Shown in pieces: positions 36,511 through 49,807 of a DNA stretch of 64,000 nt. Location of the stretch: the NCBI GenBank assembly GCA_965235115.1, contig OZ249437.1, forward strand, positions 27,466,001 through 27,530,000. The letters are read 5' to 3'. The translations under genes and the position numbers were made by a program. A model generated the notes under the pieces. That model made no database searches. It worked only from the letters and a program-made list of their open reading frames with translations, and was not told where the DNA came from. How positions within the stretch are numbered: position 1 is the first letter of the stretch; each line of letters begins with the position of its first letter. The DNA comes from Laetmonice hystrix (taxonomy: Eukaryota).

Positions 36511-37857
36511 CTGCCCCAAATGCGCAGCCCCACCCTACCTTCTAGTCTCCGTGCTTCGGTATTGACTTGAAAACGGCAAGGAGATCGAAAATTCAAATTT
36601 TTGTCAGACCCTGCTGAATAGCGATTGTTTGTATCGACAGCAGGAAAGAGCAAGAGCGAACTATGGATATAAGATAACCAACGGGATGTTACAGCAACTT
36701 CAAGTGTTGTGGCAAATGTGGATAGGTTATTGACAACGTCTGCAGAGCATTGTCTTTGAAAAAACACGCCGCGATCATTGCTTTTGTGTGTTTCTGTGTG
36801 GAGAGCGAGACCTTTCATTGAGAGGTACCTTAATGGGCCGTTCGGGTGCCGCGACCGAGTGGAGAATTTTCACCTTGGTCTGACGTTAACCCAGCCGGAT
36901 GGAGACATATCGGAGAGTGGGCGGAAGTCGGGTTGGGGAGCTCATTACGAGAGGACATAGAGAGTGGGTCGGACTCTCACACAGCTGGAGACACTCTACC
37001 TCCGTGTGTCGGGGGGGAGGGGTTCTGTTATAATGGCATTGGTGTTCTACAGGAAGTGGCGGGGTTCTGAGGTAAAGTAGGCACTGCTTAGGGAGTTCTT
37101 CTGTAGATGGCGCAACCTTTCCTATTGCTGTTTTCCCCACCAATGGCACCGCCTATAGTGGGTTCTACAGAAGAGATAGAGTTCTTACAGTATTCACGAC
37201 CCCTGCCCATAGAGTTAATGGACCATGTGCCCTGGAGGTTCTCCAGTAGACGAAGTGTTGCGTGTAAAGGTTTGACAGTTGAGGTGTCCCTGTTGGATGA
37301 TGGTGACGGAGAGCCAGAGGAGTTCTAGCATACGGCCTGTACTGTCGCACCACCAGCCGCCGCGGGCTGCACAAGTACTGTTAACATCGACCCTCTCCTT
37401 TCGATCACATGTCTCCTACTTCTGGGTACGTTTTGCTGGAGCTATTACCGATGCTGACAGTGGGACCTGTTTTTTTTATGCGATGTGGAAGCCACAAGGA
37501 GGGAACACACTCTGAAACGTTTCGTTTTGTGACGTCGTCAGCAGTATGCTGACGGAATGGAGTGGCACGTATCTGTGAATGTTGTGTGGATGCTCAGCCT
37601 CGCTGTGACTGTGCACGCGGTGAGATGTTGTGGCTCCACGTACACTTCGACTGGGTGAATACCTGCGGATTAATATCGTACAGAACAGTTTGCAGCATGG
37701 ATAGGTCGGTGTCTGTTTCCTGACCATGTGTGGGCAGATCTCTCAGCACCTATTAAACTGAAAGAGGATACCTGGAAATTTACAATGATGTGAGCCATAG
37801 ACATTGAGTCGTATAGATGTGGGACTTGGACTCTTCCCATTGAAGAGTATTTGGGCG

Positions 37858-38022
37858 ATGTCGCTGGCTGGCAAGGACGTCGACTTGTACTGTAGTGCCA
37901 TGCTGATGGCCATGTACTACGTGCAGTCCCGGCAGAGTAACCCTCCTCGCAGGGTCCCACGGGGAAGGGGTAAAACACACCCTCTTAACGACCCCCGCAA
38001 CATAAGGCGCATCTCTAACAAG
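37858..38022 (+). CDS. Candidate alternative first (or cassette) coding exon of the MPDZ/Patj gene, MSLAGKDVDLYCSAMLMAMYYVQSRQSNPPRRVPRGRGKTHPLNDPRNIRRISNK
   Basis: ATG at 37858 with G at -3. 55 open codons, 40 of them ending in G/C. Donor AAG|gtaggt is in phase 0, matching the phase-0 exon at 49808. Confidence 0.5.
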
Positions 38023-41008
38023 GTAGGTAAAGACAGGGTGACAGTGACACCCCTAGAGCAGTAGGTCTGGCTCACAGGACTCGATCTTTACAAGATGCTA
38101 TGGAATTGCTTTATTCGGCAAGATTCCTCTGATAAATAGATAAATTGTAATGAAATTGGAAATTTCTAGATTCTTCTCATAAGAATTGATCCTTTGCAGA
38201 CAGACGTTAACGGTTAAGTAAATATTAACGGAACGTATTATAATATTAGCAACACCAAAACATTAGGTAGAATTTTAATTAAAGAGTGAATAGATACCAG
38301 AGCTAGTTGCTGAAAGTTCTCTTCGCATTCCGGATATCATATTTTAGGAGAAGCCATTCTTTTCGACTGGATTCATGGAGTTTTATTTGTACGGAAGAGA
38401 ACGATCAACAAATGCCCCGCTGAGGCATCAATCATCTGTTTTCTAGTAGACCCTGCCCGAGTGGCCTCAAAAAGTCGATAAAAATGTTTTTTAAATAAAG
38501 TATTTTACCAGTGGTTTCGACTGTGGAGGTGGCCTGGGACCCAGGGCGGGTCGGCTGGGGCTGATAATTTCCGGAAATCGTCTGATTGATTTAATGAGAA
38601 CGAGGCTGACGAGGATTGATGGGAAGCTGGTAGATGTGAGCCGCATATGGACGGTATTGTTATCTCAGCTCCTCGCCTCTCTTAAAATACACTCAGACTC
38701 AGACATCATTAATGTTCCTCGGACAATGTAAACAGTTATGTTCTACTTCTTAGAATTTGTTCAACATTAGAAGTTGAGAAGTGCGAATTACAGATAGATT
38801 TAATTTAAGTGAGCTGTACTCCGTTCATCATGTGAATTCTCTGAGGGGACGGTGAAGGCAATACTTTGATATAATTCCGAAACTTCTTCAGACATGAGCC
38901 GTTGAAATTATACATGAGACAGTGGCAGTCTGAATGAGACATTGCCAGTCTAAAGTGGCCAGTTATGAGGGACTCATCTCATGCGCAGTTCTGTTTGAAT
39001 AGTCTAGCTCTGTTATTGGTTTTGAATACTTCAGAATTTTCCAGAATCTTTGTCAATCTAGGTTTTAGATTTATTATTACAGTTTGGTATGCCGACATTT
39101 AATATTTTCATTATGCTGACTTTAGCGTTTCCCAGGAGCCTAAAGTTACGATCGCACGGCTGGCCCGTCGTAACCCTGCAGCCATATAAACGGTCTCTTT
39201 TTGTACAGGCAATTTCGTCACATATCACGTGGAATGAAATTGTCTTCCGCTAACTGAGTTATCAAGCTTCCCTCCATCAGGCGTGTGAAAGAAACGGCTG
39301 TCGGTAAAATGGGATGGAGTGAACACATTGGGCTAATCCCGTAATATCATTTGCCGCTGCGCAAATTTGAAACTGGGTGGACGCTTAAAACTCGTCAAAG
39401 TAGAAAACGTTGTGTTATTATTGGTAGCAGTTTGGCCCAGCAAAGAGACGTGCACGGTAAGCGATGGGTTGGTCACATTATGTTGACTTGTGTTAGTGAT
39501 GACGGTTCCCTGGATGCTGGAATTGTTATCAGTGATAGGAATGCTGCTGCTAATGTCACGGCAGAACCAGTGAGCCATCAACCGTACTGCAACTAGAAGA
39601 AAACTAAAAGACTTTAAAAAAGAGTGAAAGGCTCAAACTTTTCTAGCTTTGGATAGGAATTATTAAGACCACACGAGCGAGTCAGACTTTTACGATAAAT
39701 CAATAAAATTGAATTGATGAAATTGCTAGCACATTGCTAACAAAGACGGTGTCCGTTTTGTCGTAATTTTGTATAGTATATACAGACTTGAATCTGATGA
39801 ATTGTAAGGTTTGCTCCTCGTGTAGGTCTTACTGGTAGCTCCTGGATCTTTGTACGATTTACACAAAGCTGTCGCCAACGATAGATGGCTTGAAATTTTT
39901 CTTTCGTTTTTCAATGCGGTCTTCGACAGCAGATTGGGAGTGCTGCCGACAACATCGCCGCCTTCTTTATAATGGAATCGTTGTGCTGTATGAGCAGTTA
40001 GAAGGATGATATTGAACACACGCCGGGTCCCTAATGCACAGGGAAGTACTCGCCACCTCAATCAAGAGGAATTCACGGAGAACAAGACTGGACTTGGCCG
40101 CCTTTCGCTACATGATCTGATAACGAGATATGTCGTCATGAAAATCACATCGGACAGTTGCCTGGCGGGGTGGGACCAGATCTAAGACACGCCTTAACGA
40201 GTGCCCAGGACGGTATGGCGTAGCCCTTGTGTGCCAACCGCAGCACCAAGCCATATTTGGTGTAGAATTTCTCCTGTGTCACATCAGCGACACTTAGTTT
40301 GTCTAGGCTGCTGTTTGAGCTCGTACAGACTCTGTGTGGCAAATCTCGGCTATTGAGGGTCGGAGGGAGGGAGGGGGGACAAAGGGCATGAGGTTCTGGT
40401 CCTGTGGGTAGGGCGCAGAGATAAAGGCCCACTGGCTGAGATAAAGGCTTGGCAGTGAGCCTGGAATGGGCCGTTGATGAGGTGATTGCCTCCATACGGT
40501 AATGTGACAGCGGGCTGCTCTGCGTGGGAAATGAGAAAATGGCGCGGAGCGTTGGACTGTTGAAATAAATTAAGTGGTACGTCAATGTGTAATGATCTGA
40601 GCTCAGGACATGTCAGGAATGTAGTTTTTTCCACCCTGTTGCAAGGTTAGCAGCTGCTCCACCGGTTTTGACCTTTAACTGTGTTTTTTGATCAGTGTAA
40701 TCTTCCCGAAAAGGTCGTGACGATAGGTGTTTTTGCCCATTTTAATTAAATTGTAATTAGAAAATCTCACCATGTAAGTTTTATGGAAGTCTGAGGCAAT
40801 ACTTTCCGACTTGGCCGTTCATGCCCGCACCCCGTCAGATTATGCTCATATTTTTTCATTATGCTGTCATTATTTTAGCATTTGAATATATCTCTGTCTA
40901 CATTGTCATTTCTACAATGGAGAAAGTGTGTCTATCACTGCTGCTGTGAAGAGACGATAATATTCTTTGTGACGACTGACAGTAAGTGTGAGAAGTTGTG
41001 TGAAACAT

Positions 41009-41340
41009 TATAGAGACGCGAGTCAGTCCATAACATGATAAACACAGCCATATTCCGCATTATCAGTATTGTTATTATAGAGACGCGAGTCAGTCCATAA
41101 CATGATAAACACAGCCATATTCCGCGTTATCGATATTGTTATTATAGGGACTCGAGTCAGTCCATAACATGATAAACACAGCCATATTGCACATTATCGA
41201 TATTGTTATTATAGAGACTCTAGTCAGTCCATAATATGATAAACGCAACCATATTCCACGTTATCGGTATTGTTATTATAGAGACTCGAGTCAGTCCATA
41301 ACATGATAAACACAGCCATATTCAGTGTTATCGATATTCC
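41009..41340. repeat. 67-bp minisatellite, 5 copies
   Basis: Unit tatagagacgcgagtcagtccataacatgataaacacagccatattccgcattatcagtattgttat; starts at 41009, 41076 and so on. Confidence 0.95.
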
Positions 41341-44300
41341 GCTATAATAATGACATATACATGTAGTATAGGACGGCAATGTTTTTTCTTAGTCATGTGT
41401 GTTATATTATGACTTTATTCAGATCAATTCCATTCCTGTTCTGGCTTGAATTCTGTTTCTGTATTCCATTGGTTGGTAATGAAATCAGAACTTGTACATC
41501 ATGATGGACTAAGATCGTATTTACCTCCTCGCAATTTGATCGATATTTCAATGTTACCGTCACTATATATTAAAGAAACTGTGGGATGAGAAAGGTTTGT
41601 ATTGACAATACATCAGAGAACGTAAGCTTAAAGCAGATTACCCAAACATAATGGATTTTCTATCAGTACAGTCACAGCAGTCGACAATCCTAATTCAGCA
41701 TTTTTCTTGTTTCATGTGAGGTAATGGCTTCTGCCAGGCTCACTGAACACTGTTTTTTTAGACGTGTTTTATAAAATGGCCTCCATTCTCTCTCCCCAGC
41801 AGGGAGTGATTGTTATTTTATTAGAAACACACGGACAGGCCATTAGTCTTGTAGGTCGCATTATGGGAACGTCCCCACACAGCACGCTGCGAACGCCTTG
41901 GGATGGGAAACTGAAAAATACATGTTTGTTACCATTTGATGATACCTTGGGAGTAACTGCCGCGTTTTTGTTTTTTGTTTTTTTGTTCCCGGATTCTCGA
42001 AAACATCCGGAAAAGAGGGTAATTGAGTGTTTTGTTGAATGACAGAAATTCGTAAAAACATATTTTAGACGAAGGGCTCTATCCCCTATAGGCTCTTAGA
42101 GGAAACGTCCCTTTGTTCTCTTCAATTGTATTCCACGTCATCCTATCAAAACATTACAAAGTCTGCAAGAGGTATAATCAACCCGTGGTTTTCGGACCAG
42201 CGTTGAAAGAAGAAAGAAATCGGATTTCTAGTCTTTGAACCACGAGCAAACTGTAGGCTTGAGGTAACACGGTGTGGGCAGTACATTATTGTGTAGAACA
42301 AGAAGATAGGATTCGATGAACAAGTACAGGAGAGGTCAAAGTTAGAATTAACGTTTGCTGCTCTTTAGATCTTGACCTGTTTCCTGACCAGCTACAGATC
42401 AGTTCTCCTTGTGGTGCAGTGGACAGCGCCTTGGTTTGTCCTAGCTGACCCAGAAATTATCTACTGATTGGTCGTGCCTTCGATCTTACTCTGGGAATGG
42501 GCTGCTAATATTGCCACATATAAACGCACCACTTGAACAGGCTCGCTTGAATGTAGTCTAAATGAGAGCTACATCATAAAGGTTTGGTGCACTGGAAGGT
42601 CATTGAACGACAATTGAAGGTTGTCATTACGTTACCACTCTGAAGTCCGGGTCATGCCTCGATTCAACACTCATATAATTTATGTTGATGGATACAGTAT
42701 GAAAGCTGACAAAATGAGAAGCAACACTTAACTTAAGAAGTGGTAGAGTGGAGTTTTGAATTTTCGATAGAAACTTATCACTAAACGACAGAAGAAGCTG
42801 CTCAGAGCGACTGTGTAGAATGACAGAGTTAGGATCTCTCGCTGTTGTCATCTTGCAGGTATAACGGGTACCGGTAAGTAGATATCTGTGGCTCTAAGGC
42901 ACATAAAAGGGACCGCCCTCATTAATGTCTCGAATCATGTGTAAACTAATTACTTCAGTGGAGACTGTGTCTACAGATTATCTGCCTGCCGCGGGCCTTC
43001 TGTTTGCAAGCTTTATCCTTGGCAGGCAGGGAGCAGTCTTTGCTTCTGCTGGCAAGCTTTAGTCCTTGTAGGGGGGAGGGGAAGTCCTTGCTTCTGTTTG
43101 GAAGCTTTATCCCTGGCAGGCAGTATAAATGGTCACGGAAAAGGCCGATAATAGTAACTTTGTCGACCGAATCATTGAGCAGATGACGATCCTATTCAGT
43201 CGTTTCGTCTCGTGTTCAGACGGTGACAGGATGAAAGACTAACACTGAGTGATAGAAAGGTGGTCTTAGAGTGGGTTTGTGTCGTCGTACTGTGGTTAAA
43301 GTCGTTAACAAGCTTTGTACCGTCACTGTAACCATTGGGTTATATCATGTCCCCGGAGGCGGGACGTGAGCAAGACAAGTCGTGGAAGGACAGAATCATT
43401 CATATCGTCAGATTTAACCGCCAACAGAATAACTTGGAGGGTAATACTCTTCATACATCACGGCTGAGAGGCTGGTGTGGTGCTGTTCAGATATTGATTG
43501 GGTTCAGGGACATGTCATCGTGAGAATGTGATGAAGGCCCTGGTATTGGGATGTGGATGGCGGTGTCAGAATAGAGATGGTGTCATTGAGAGCATATAAA
43601 TGTCCCCTGTGACCGCTACTTGTTGGGTGGCGCGCCGGTAACCAATAGGAAATGCGATGACAGAAAGGCTCTCGGTTGTCTGTGGGTGTCGGTGAATTAC
43701 AAACGGGATACGGGAATGGTGAAGCGGTATTGGTCAAAAGCTTTGTAAGATATTTCACTCATGCAGTCCACGGTGTGTGCTTGAAGTCGCAGTTATATTT
43801 GATATTGTACGTCCTCGTATGGCGTAGTTATTATTTGGCGGACCTTCAGAAATGGTAAATTTTTCCCCAAACATTGTAATAAATGTTTGAGCTTTAGCTG
43901 TAGGTAAAGCCCGATCTGAATACAGCATCCACACTCAGAACTCTTAAGGAAAAGGGGGAAGGCTTGCGCTTGGGATGGGGGGGGGGGGCAGGGGTTGTAA
44001 AGGCCTGACGTTTACCGTATATATTTAAATATTTAATGGAACGTTGGAAAATTCCATGAGGATGTGATTGTTGGCAGGGCCCTTGATGTTGTACAGGATA
44101 TACTCTCTATTTATAGATCCAATGGTTTAGCCGTGCTGGGCCTCTAGTCTTACGTATTCATGTCGCTCGGTCACTAGGTCGTCGGCTTCGTAATAGATTT
44201 TGGAGCCTGTATACGGAAAGAGCAATATAGTTTAGACACCGTGCTATGCAGGGGGTGGGGTAATTCTGAACTGGTCTGTTGCTGTGCTAAAGTGCATATG

Positions 44301-45039
44301 AAGCAACCCCATATTTTATCTACTGAAATTGCTGTCGTTGAACAGCTCAGTCCACAGAACAGGGACCCACTGGTTGGCTTCATTGGGAAACCATTGTAAG
44401 TAGTGTAAGAAAAAGGTCGCTGGATGCAGGTAGTAGACGATAGTAGTACATGGAAAGGGTCTCCTGAATCAGGCTTTCTGTAGCTCAAGAGTCGTCTCAT
44501 CTGTCATTGACAGCAACATTTTGTATTGGATAAATGCTAGATAGAACTACTTGGAACTGACCAGCACATTAATACCAGAATTAGTGGCACTTTTCTCTCT
44601 GGCATCGGACTGCAGCTAAAGGCTATAATGGCTAAACTGAGGATTGAGGTCTTCGTGGTTGAAGAAAAAATCAATAAGAAAGCAGAAAGTCCTGAGCAAT
44701 ATATGCAGCACTTTAGACATGAAGACTGCGGGGCCGCAATTGTGACGAATGAAGAAAAGTGGGCAGTATGATAGCGTCTTTGACCTGTATGGGTGCTCAC
44801 TGTCGGGGTGGAAGAGACAGATACCCCACGGGTCAGGGGGCAAGTCACAGTAAATGCACCAGCGAGATTGTCAATGGTTCTCGTGTGTGTACTTCGGTGG
44901 TTCTGTTAGTGCATTGGGTTTCACGTCAGGGATTTGCTATATTTGCAGAAGCGTTCTTTGATTGTACCCTATAACTATGAGGTCCTTTTGTAAAGAATAT
45001 TATATGTCTAATATGGCAGCCTAGATGGCTGACAAATAG

Positions 45040-45083
45040 GTCACGTGACGTCCATCGGAAGCAGGTGGGGCGCCCCCTGGCGG
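45040..45083. promoter_or_regulatory. Candidate intronic regulatory element: palindromic E-box, ETS-like core and CTCF-like site
   Basis: gtcacgtgac (45040-49), cggaag, and gcgccccctggcgg (45070-83), whose reverse complement CCGCCAGGGGGCGC is 13/14 to CCASYAGRKGGCRS. Confidence 0.4.
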
Positions 45084-46831
45084 GGATATCTCGACTGGCC
45101 ATCAATCCACCTTGTTGATGCATCATTATGGACGCTACTTGTAGTGTTATCTTACGTGGGCTTACTGAATAAATGGTTCTCCATCAGGTACACTGCCCTC
45201 ATCTGAACCACAGAGGACCTTAGATATCTACAGGGCGCATTACTGTCATGCTACATGGAGGGGTAGGTTTCCAGCACAGAGTTTGATGCATTACTTTTAA
45301 CTACAAAAACCAACTACAAAAATCTCAAAAACCATGGACGTTACTGTTTTAGTCAGTGAATCTTGCAAAGGATGTTTGTAATAATATTTAAGATTATTTA
45401 CATGAGAATGATAAGCTACTTCATGTGTGCGTTTCTTTATGAAAGCCCGTACATTGAACATCGGGTACATGCAGTGGATGATACAAGTTCCTTTTCTTAA
45501 AATAATTCCAAAGCCATTAACAAGGATGGGGTCATGATTTGCTTGTGAAGGAGGTCCATTAGACCTCCTAATGGAACATGTGATCTTGGCGATGTCGGCA
45601 TGGAGTATCGCGGCAGGCTATCATGGGAATAAGGACGGAGCCAAGCCAAATATGAAGTCGATCTATAAAAGACGACGTCTGATGCTGCCTTTGGGATCCC
45701 TGCCCTCGTAATGAGGCTTTCACGGATTGTGAAAGCAAGCGATTGGCGCCCTGCCAACATCTGGAGGTGGTAGAATTCAGTGAGACAGCAGACGACGTCA
45801 TTAACGCGGGACAGAATGAGAGAGAGACCGGACAGGCACATCTACTGGTCCGTGAACCAATCTCATGCCAGTGTCTTGGGAGGAATGAATATCAGGGAGC
45901 GTGTAAATAGGGCCCAGTGCTGAGGTGGGGCAGGAATTGATCAACTTATTGATCGTGCCTCATGGTGATGTGTGAGGTGAAGATGGAATGGCAAAATATT
46001 GGAAGAAAAAACAATAAATAAGTCAAAAGTATCATGAAGGTTAGAGACATGGGTGTCATTACTGGTGGAGGAAACGTCACTGCAATACATTGATTGGTAA
46101 GTGATTGATCCTAATAAAAGTGGTGACTTGGTGGCCATACAAATGGACCCTGACCGTTCCAGTGCCAGTGTCGGCCCTGTTGACCAGTTTTAGTTGTTTT
46201 TTTTAGTTTGTTTTTTTAAGTTTGTTTTTTTATTTGGTTGGGGGAGGGGGGGCAGTGTCGGGATGGTGGGCAGTCAGTGTAGGGGTTAAACCGTGGTGAC
46301 AGAAGGCCTGTACATGGTCAGTATCAGCAAGGCGCTCACCCACACCATGTTAGATGATACCGGTGGGCCGTCCCTCGTGTACTCGTGGTAACAGTATCTC
46401 TGGATACTGTGCAACATCTGTCACGTCAAATATTCTCACACAGGGTTCACGTGACCAAGGGAGGGGCAACTCCTCATGTGGGGGCTATCAGATGTGCATC
46501 GAGAATAATAGAACATAAACCACCTCTGACTGCTGATAGAAGGCGCCAAGACAGGCAGGTAACTGATATGGTCCGGTAGGGTGACCGATCCCAATGTAAT
46601 GACCGACTAGCAATGAACCCTGATGGGAACGGACACGTAGCCACACAGCTCGTTTAGGTTGGTTTATTTGGGTTATCAGAGTTATCAGCCTGGGTTCGCC
46701 CAACTAACACTGTATTTCCCAAACGTTGGGGCCATCAAATGGGTTTGGTCCACATTAAGCCAGGCCTACCAGAGAGGACCGTTGCAATTCCCTTGCCTTG
46801 CCTATTTGAGATCTGCTTCGCGGCGCCCATA

Positions 46832-47023
46832 CCAGCGCCCCCAGTCTGATTGAAAGTTGTGCCCTATGCCAGCGCCCCCAGTCTGATTGAAAGTTGTGCC
46901 CTGTGCCAGCGGCCCCAGTCTGATTGAAAGTTGTACCCCCTATGTAAGCGCCCCAGTCTGATTGAAAGTTGTGCCCTGTATTCTAGAGCCCCCAGGATTG
47001 AAATTTGCCCCATATGCCAGCGC
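46832..47023. repeat. ~37-bp minisatellite, about 5 copies, bracketed by a direct repeat gcctatttgagatctgc
   Basis: Unit ccagcgcccccagtctgattgaaagttgtgccctatg. Confidence 0.85.
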
Positions 47024-48426
47024 ACTTAGCCTATTTGAGATCTGCGTTCAGACTCTCGTATCAGCGGCCCCAGCCTAATTGGAAGTTGTCTCCTATCCCA
47101 GCCTGATTGAGAGCTCCCCCCCCGACCACATCGCCAGCACTTCGAAGGCCTAATAAAACCGGCCCAAACGATGCGCTTTCCCGACCTTTCAATCGGACCC
47201 AGTCTCAAGGGAGCCATTTAGTGCACTCCGGAGGGGAAGGGGCCGAGAGAAAATGAGACATGGATCGGCCTGGAAGGTTAGCTGGGCAGATTTGCCTCTT
47301 TCCTGGCTGGAGATACAGTTTATGACACGGCCTATAGGAGCTGACCGGTCAAATCAAGCCAGGCTGCTGCCCGACACGCACCTATTGTAACCTGTTGTCT
47401 GGTGTGTGGGTGTGGGGATAACTGATGTACTACTGTCTGATACTCGCTCTCTCTACCGACCGCAACGTCGTGTGGCGCCGAGTGGCTTTCGGCAGTCACA
47501 GCCACTGGAGTACAACCTTGGATTTATGGTTGCTACCTCTTCAACAAATCGAAAACAAAACGCTATCATTCTCCATCAACGAGATTTAAGGGGGAAATCG
47601 AAATCAGCGTTCATTCTTTCAGACTGGCAGACTGGACCGAGGGTTAGGCACAACACATGGTGGGCAGGCCACTGTTACTAGACCAAAGAAAGACCATACG
47701 TTGGCAAATCTTTACTATGATGGCCATTGGGAAGTCTATTATTAGGGCATTAGTCAGGTCTTTACGTGGGAAGAATCATTGGAGGCTCACTCACAAACAG
47801 TGGCGGTTTTATGAATGATCTGGCTCAATATTCCGCAACCATTAATTCCCACCTGCCGGGAGAACGTCATGTGATTATAATGAGATCAGATCGAAGACTT
47901 GACGTTACGCCATCACGTCAAGCAATCTTTCTGTCGCGCTCCATTTTTACGGTGAATTTAGCAAATACGTTCGGCCACTCAAGCAGTTGTTGGCATCCAG
48001 TGGGATTATGTGAGACATTCTAGGTTAATTGAATTTAATCTTTACCTGCGAATAAAACCGACGCTTGACATGCCATTAACGGATGGTGGCTTTCACTGTG
48101 ACGTCGAGTATCGGTGTTAGGAAGATGGCGAGGTGACAGGCCATTCATATTGATTTGCACCCAAAGGTCAGTGACACGGTCCTGTTGAATGTGGCAAGAA
48201 CATCTCAATTCTAGGAGGGCAGAGGAGATGTGAGCGGTGGTCAAGTGGCCAGGTCAGCGGTCGTTCCTGGGTGATTGATTGACAAGTCCAGATTGTCGAG
48301 GTGTTAGGTTCCAAGTATGCAGGGGTAAGAGGCAGGAGGACATTCAAAGTCAACGCCTGCGTGAAGGACCCGTAATAAAGGAAAGGAATGGTCCCTTGTG
48401 GGTAGGAATCATGGGGTCTGCTGCGG

Positions 48427-48755
48427 GTTGGCGTGGCAGGTCGGTGAGGCCGGTTGGCGTGGCAGGTCGGTGAGGCCGGTTGGCGTGGCAGGTCGGTGAG
48501 GCCGGTTGGCGTGGCAGGTCGGTTAGGCCGGTTGGCATGGCAGGTCGGTGAGGCCGGTTGGGGTGGCTGGTCGGTGAGGCCGGTTGGCGTGGCAGGTCGG
48601 TGAGGCCGGTTAGCGTGGCAGGTCGGTTAGGCCGGTTGGCGTGGCAGGTCGGTGAGGCCGGTTGGCGTGGCAGGTCGGTGAGGCCGGTTGGCGTGGCAAG
48701 TCGGTGAGGCCGGTTGGCGTGGCAGGTCGGTGAGGCCGGTTGGCATGGCAGGTCG
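48427..48755. repeat. 26-bp G-rich minisatellite, about 12.5 copies
   Basis: Unit gttggcgtggcaggtcggtgaggccg. Confidence 0.96.
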
Positions 48756-49807
48756 TAGGCGTCGAGTGCAGTGCTGCCCTGTATGTGGCCAAGCTTACAG
48801 GCACGCATGGACGGTTAATGCATTGACACATGTACACGACCTAGTTCCACCATCATAGGCACACGATTTTCTGCCAGCCATTGGTAATAAATGGACACCC
48901 AACACTGGGAGATCTCAGCGGCCAGGGCGGAGGGAAGCGATGTCAGGTTAATGAACTGCTCTGAGAGGAGATTATAAACCATATGGTTGATAAATCTGCA
49001 TTGTACCTTACTGAAACAGGTCACTCTATCTAGGGAGATCGTATTATTTGCTCTGTTGGTTAGACAGGTATCTCTTTAAAAGTGGTTATATCCTCAACAT
49101 AATAGCAGTAGGAATGAAACCAGGTTGTACTTCGGTATCGAACCGGTAGGTGTCGTACCGATGAGAGAGCGTTCATGCGCATGCGTTCGGCACTAAAGTT
49201 CAGCCATGCTGAGTGACAGACGTTGTAATTTTAATTTCTTAAAATGGCCCTATTTGTTGACGTTTTGACCTATTTATCTGAAATTTGTACCACAGACCCC
49301 AAATAACCAGATGATATCATGTTCCAAATATTATGACATTGAGGTAAAAATTACACACTGGTAAGTTAGTTTAATCTATAATTAACTGAAGTGAAGACGC
49401 CCCTCCCCCTCCACCATCCAATAAACGATAAGATCATGTACAGTATCCAACCGGTGTTGGTGTCAGATATCATTAGCCAGTGGAATGTGAGTTGTTTTAG
49501 GCAATTATTGGATGGACTAATGAGCTACAAGCTGAGACAATTCAGATATTTTTTTCATTAATTAGTGTAGCACAGAATTGTGAGATTGGGCATTAGTGAT
49601 GTACATCACACAGTGTCGGCAGTATATCATTACTTAGAGCTCCATGCTGTAATCTGTGCCGGTCGTAATGATGGTTCCTATTGATTGGAGCTTTTTTTAA
49701 AGATTGATTAAGGGTTGTTTTCTTTTCTGATTTATTATTATAAAAAGAAACCTGTCCGTTTCATTGGTCAGCGCTTGATGTTTTTGCCTTTGTTGTGTGT
49801 GTTGCAG

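Noticed and set aside
49174-49185. NRF1-like catgcgcatgcg about 620 nt upstream of exon 49808
   Set aside because: An isolated motif that is also common in DNA-transposon ends, with no first-exon donor nearby.
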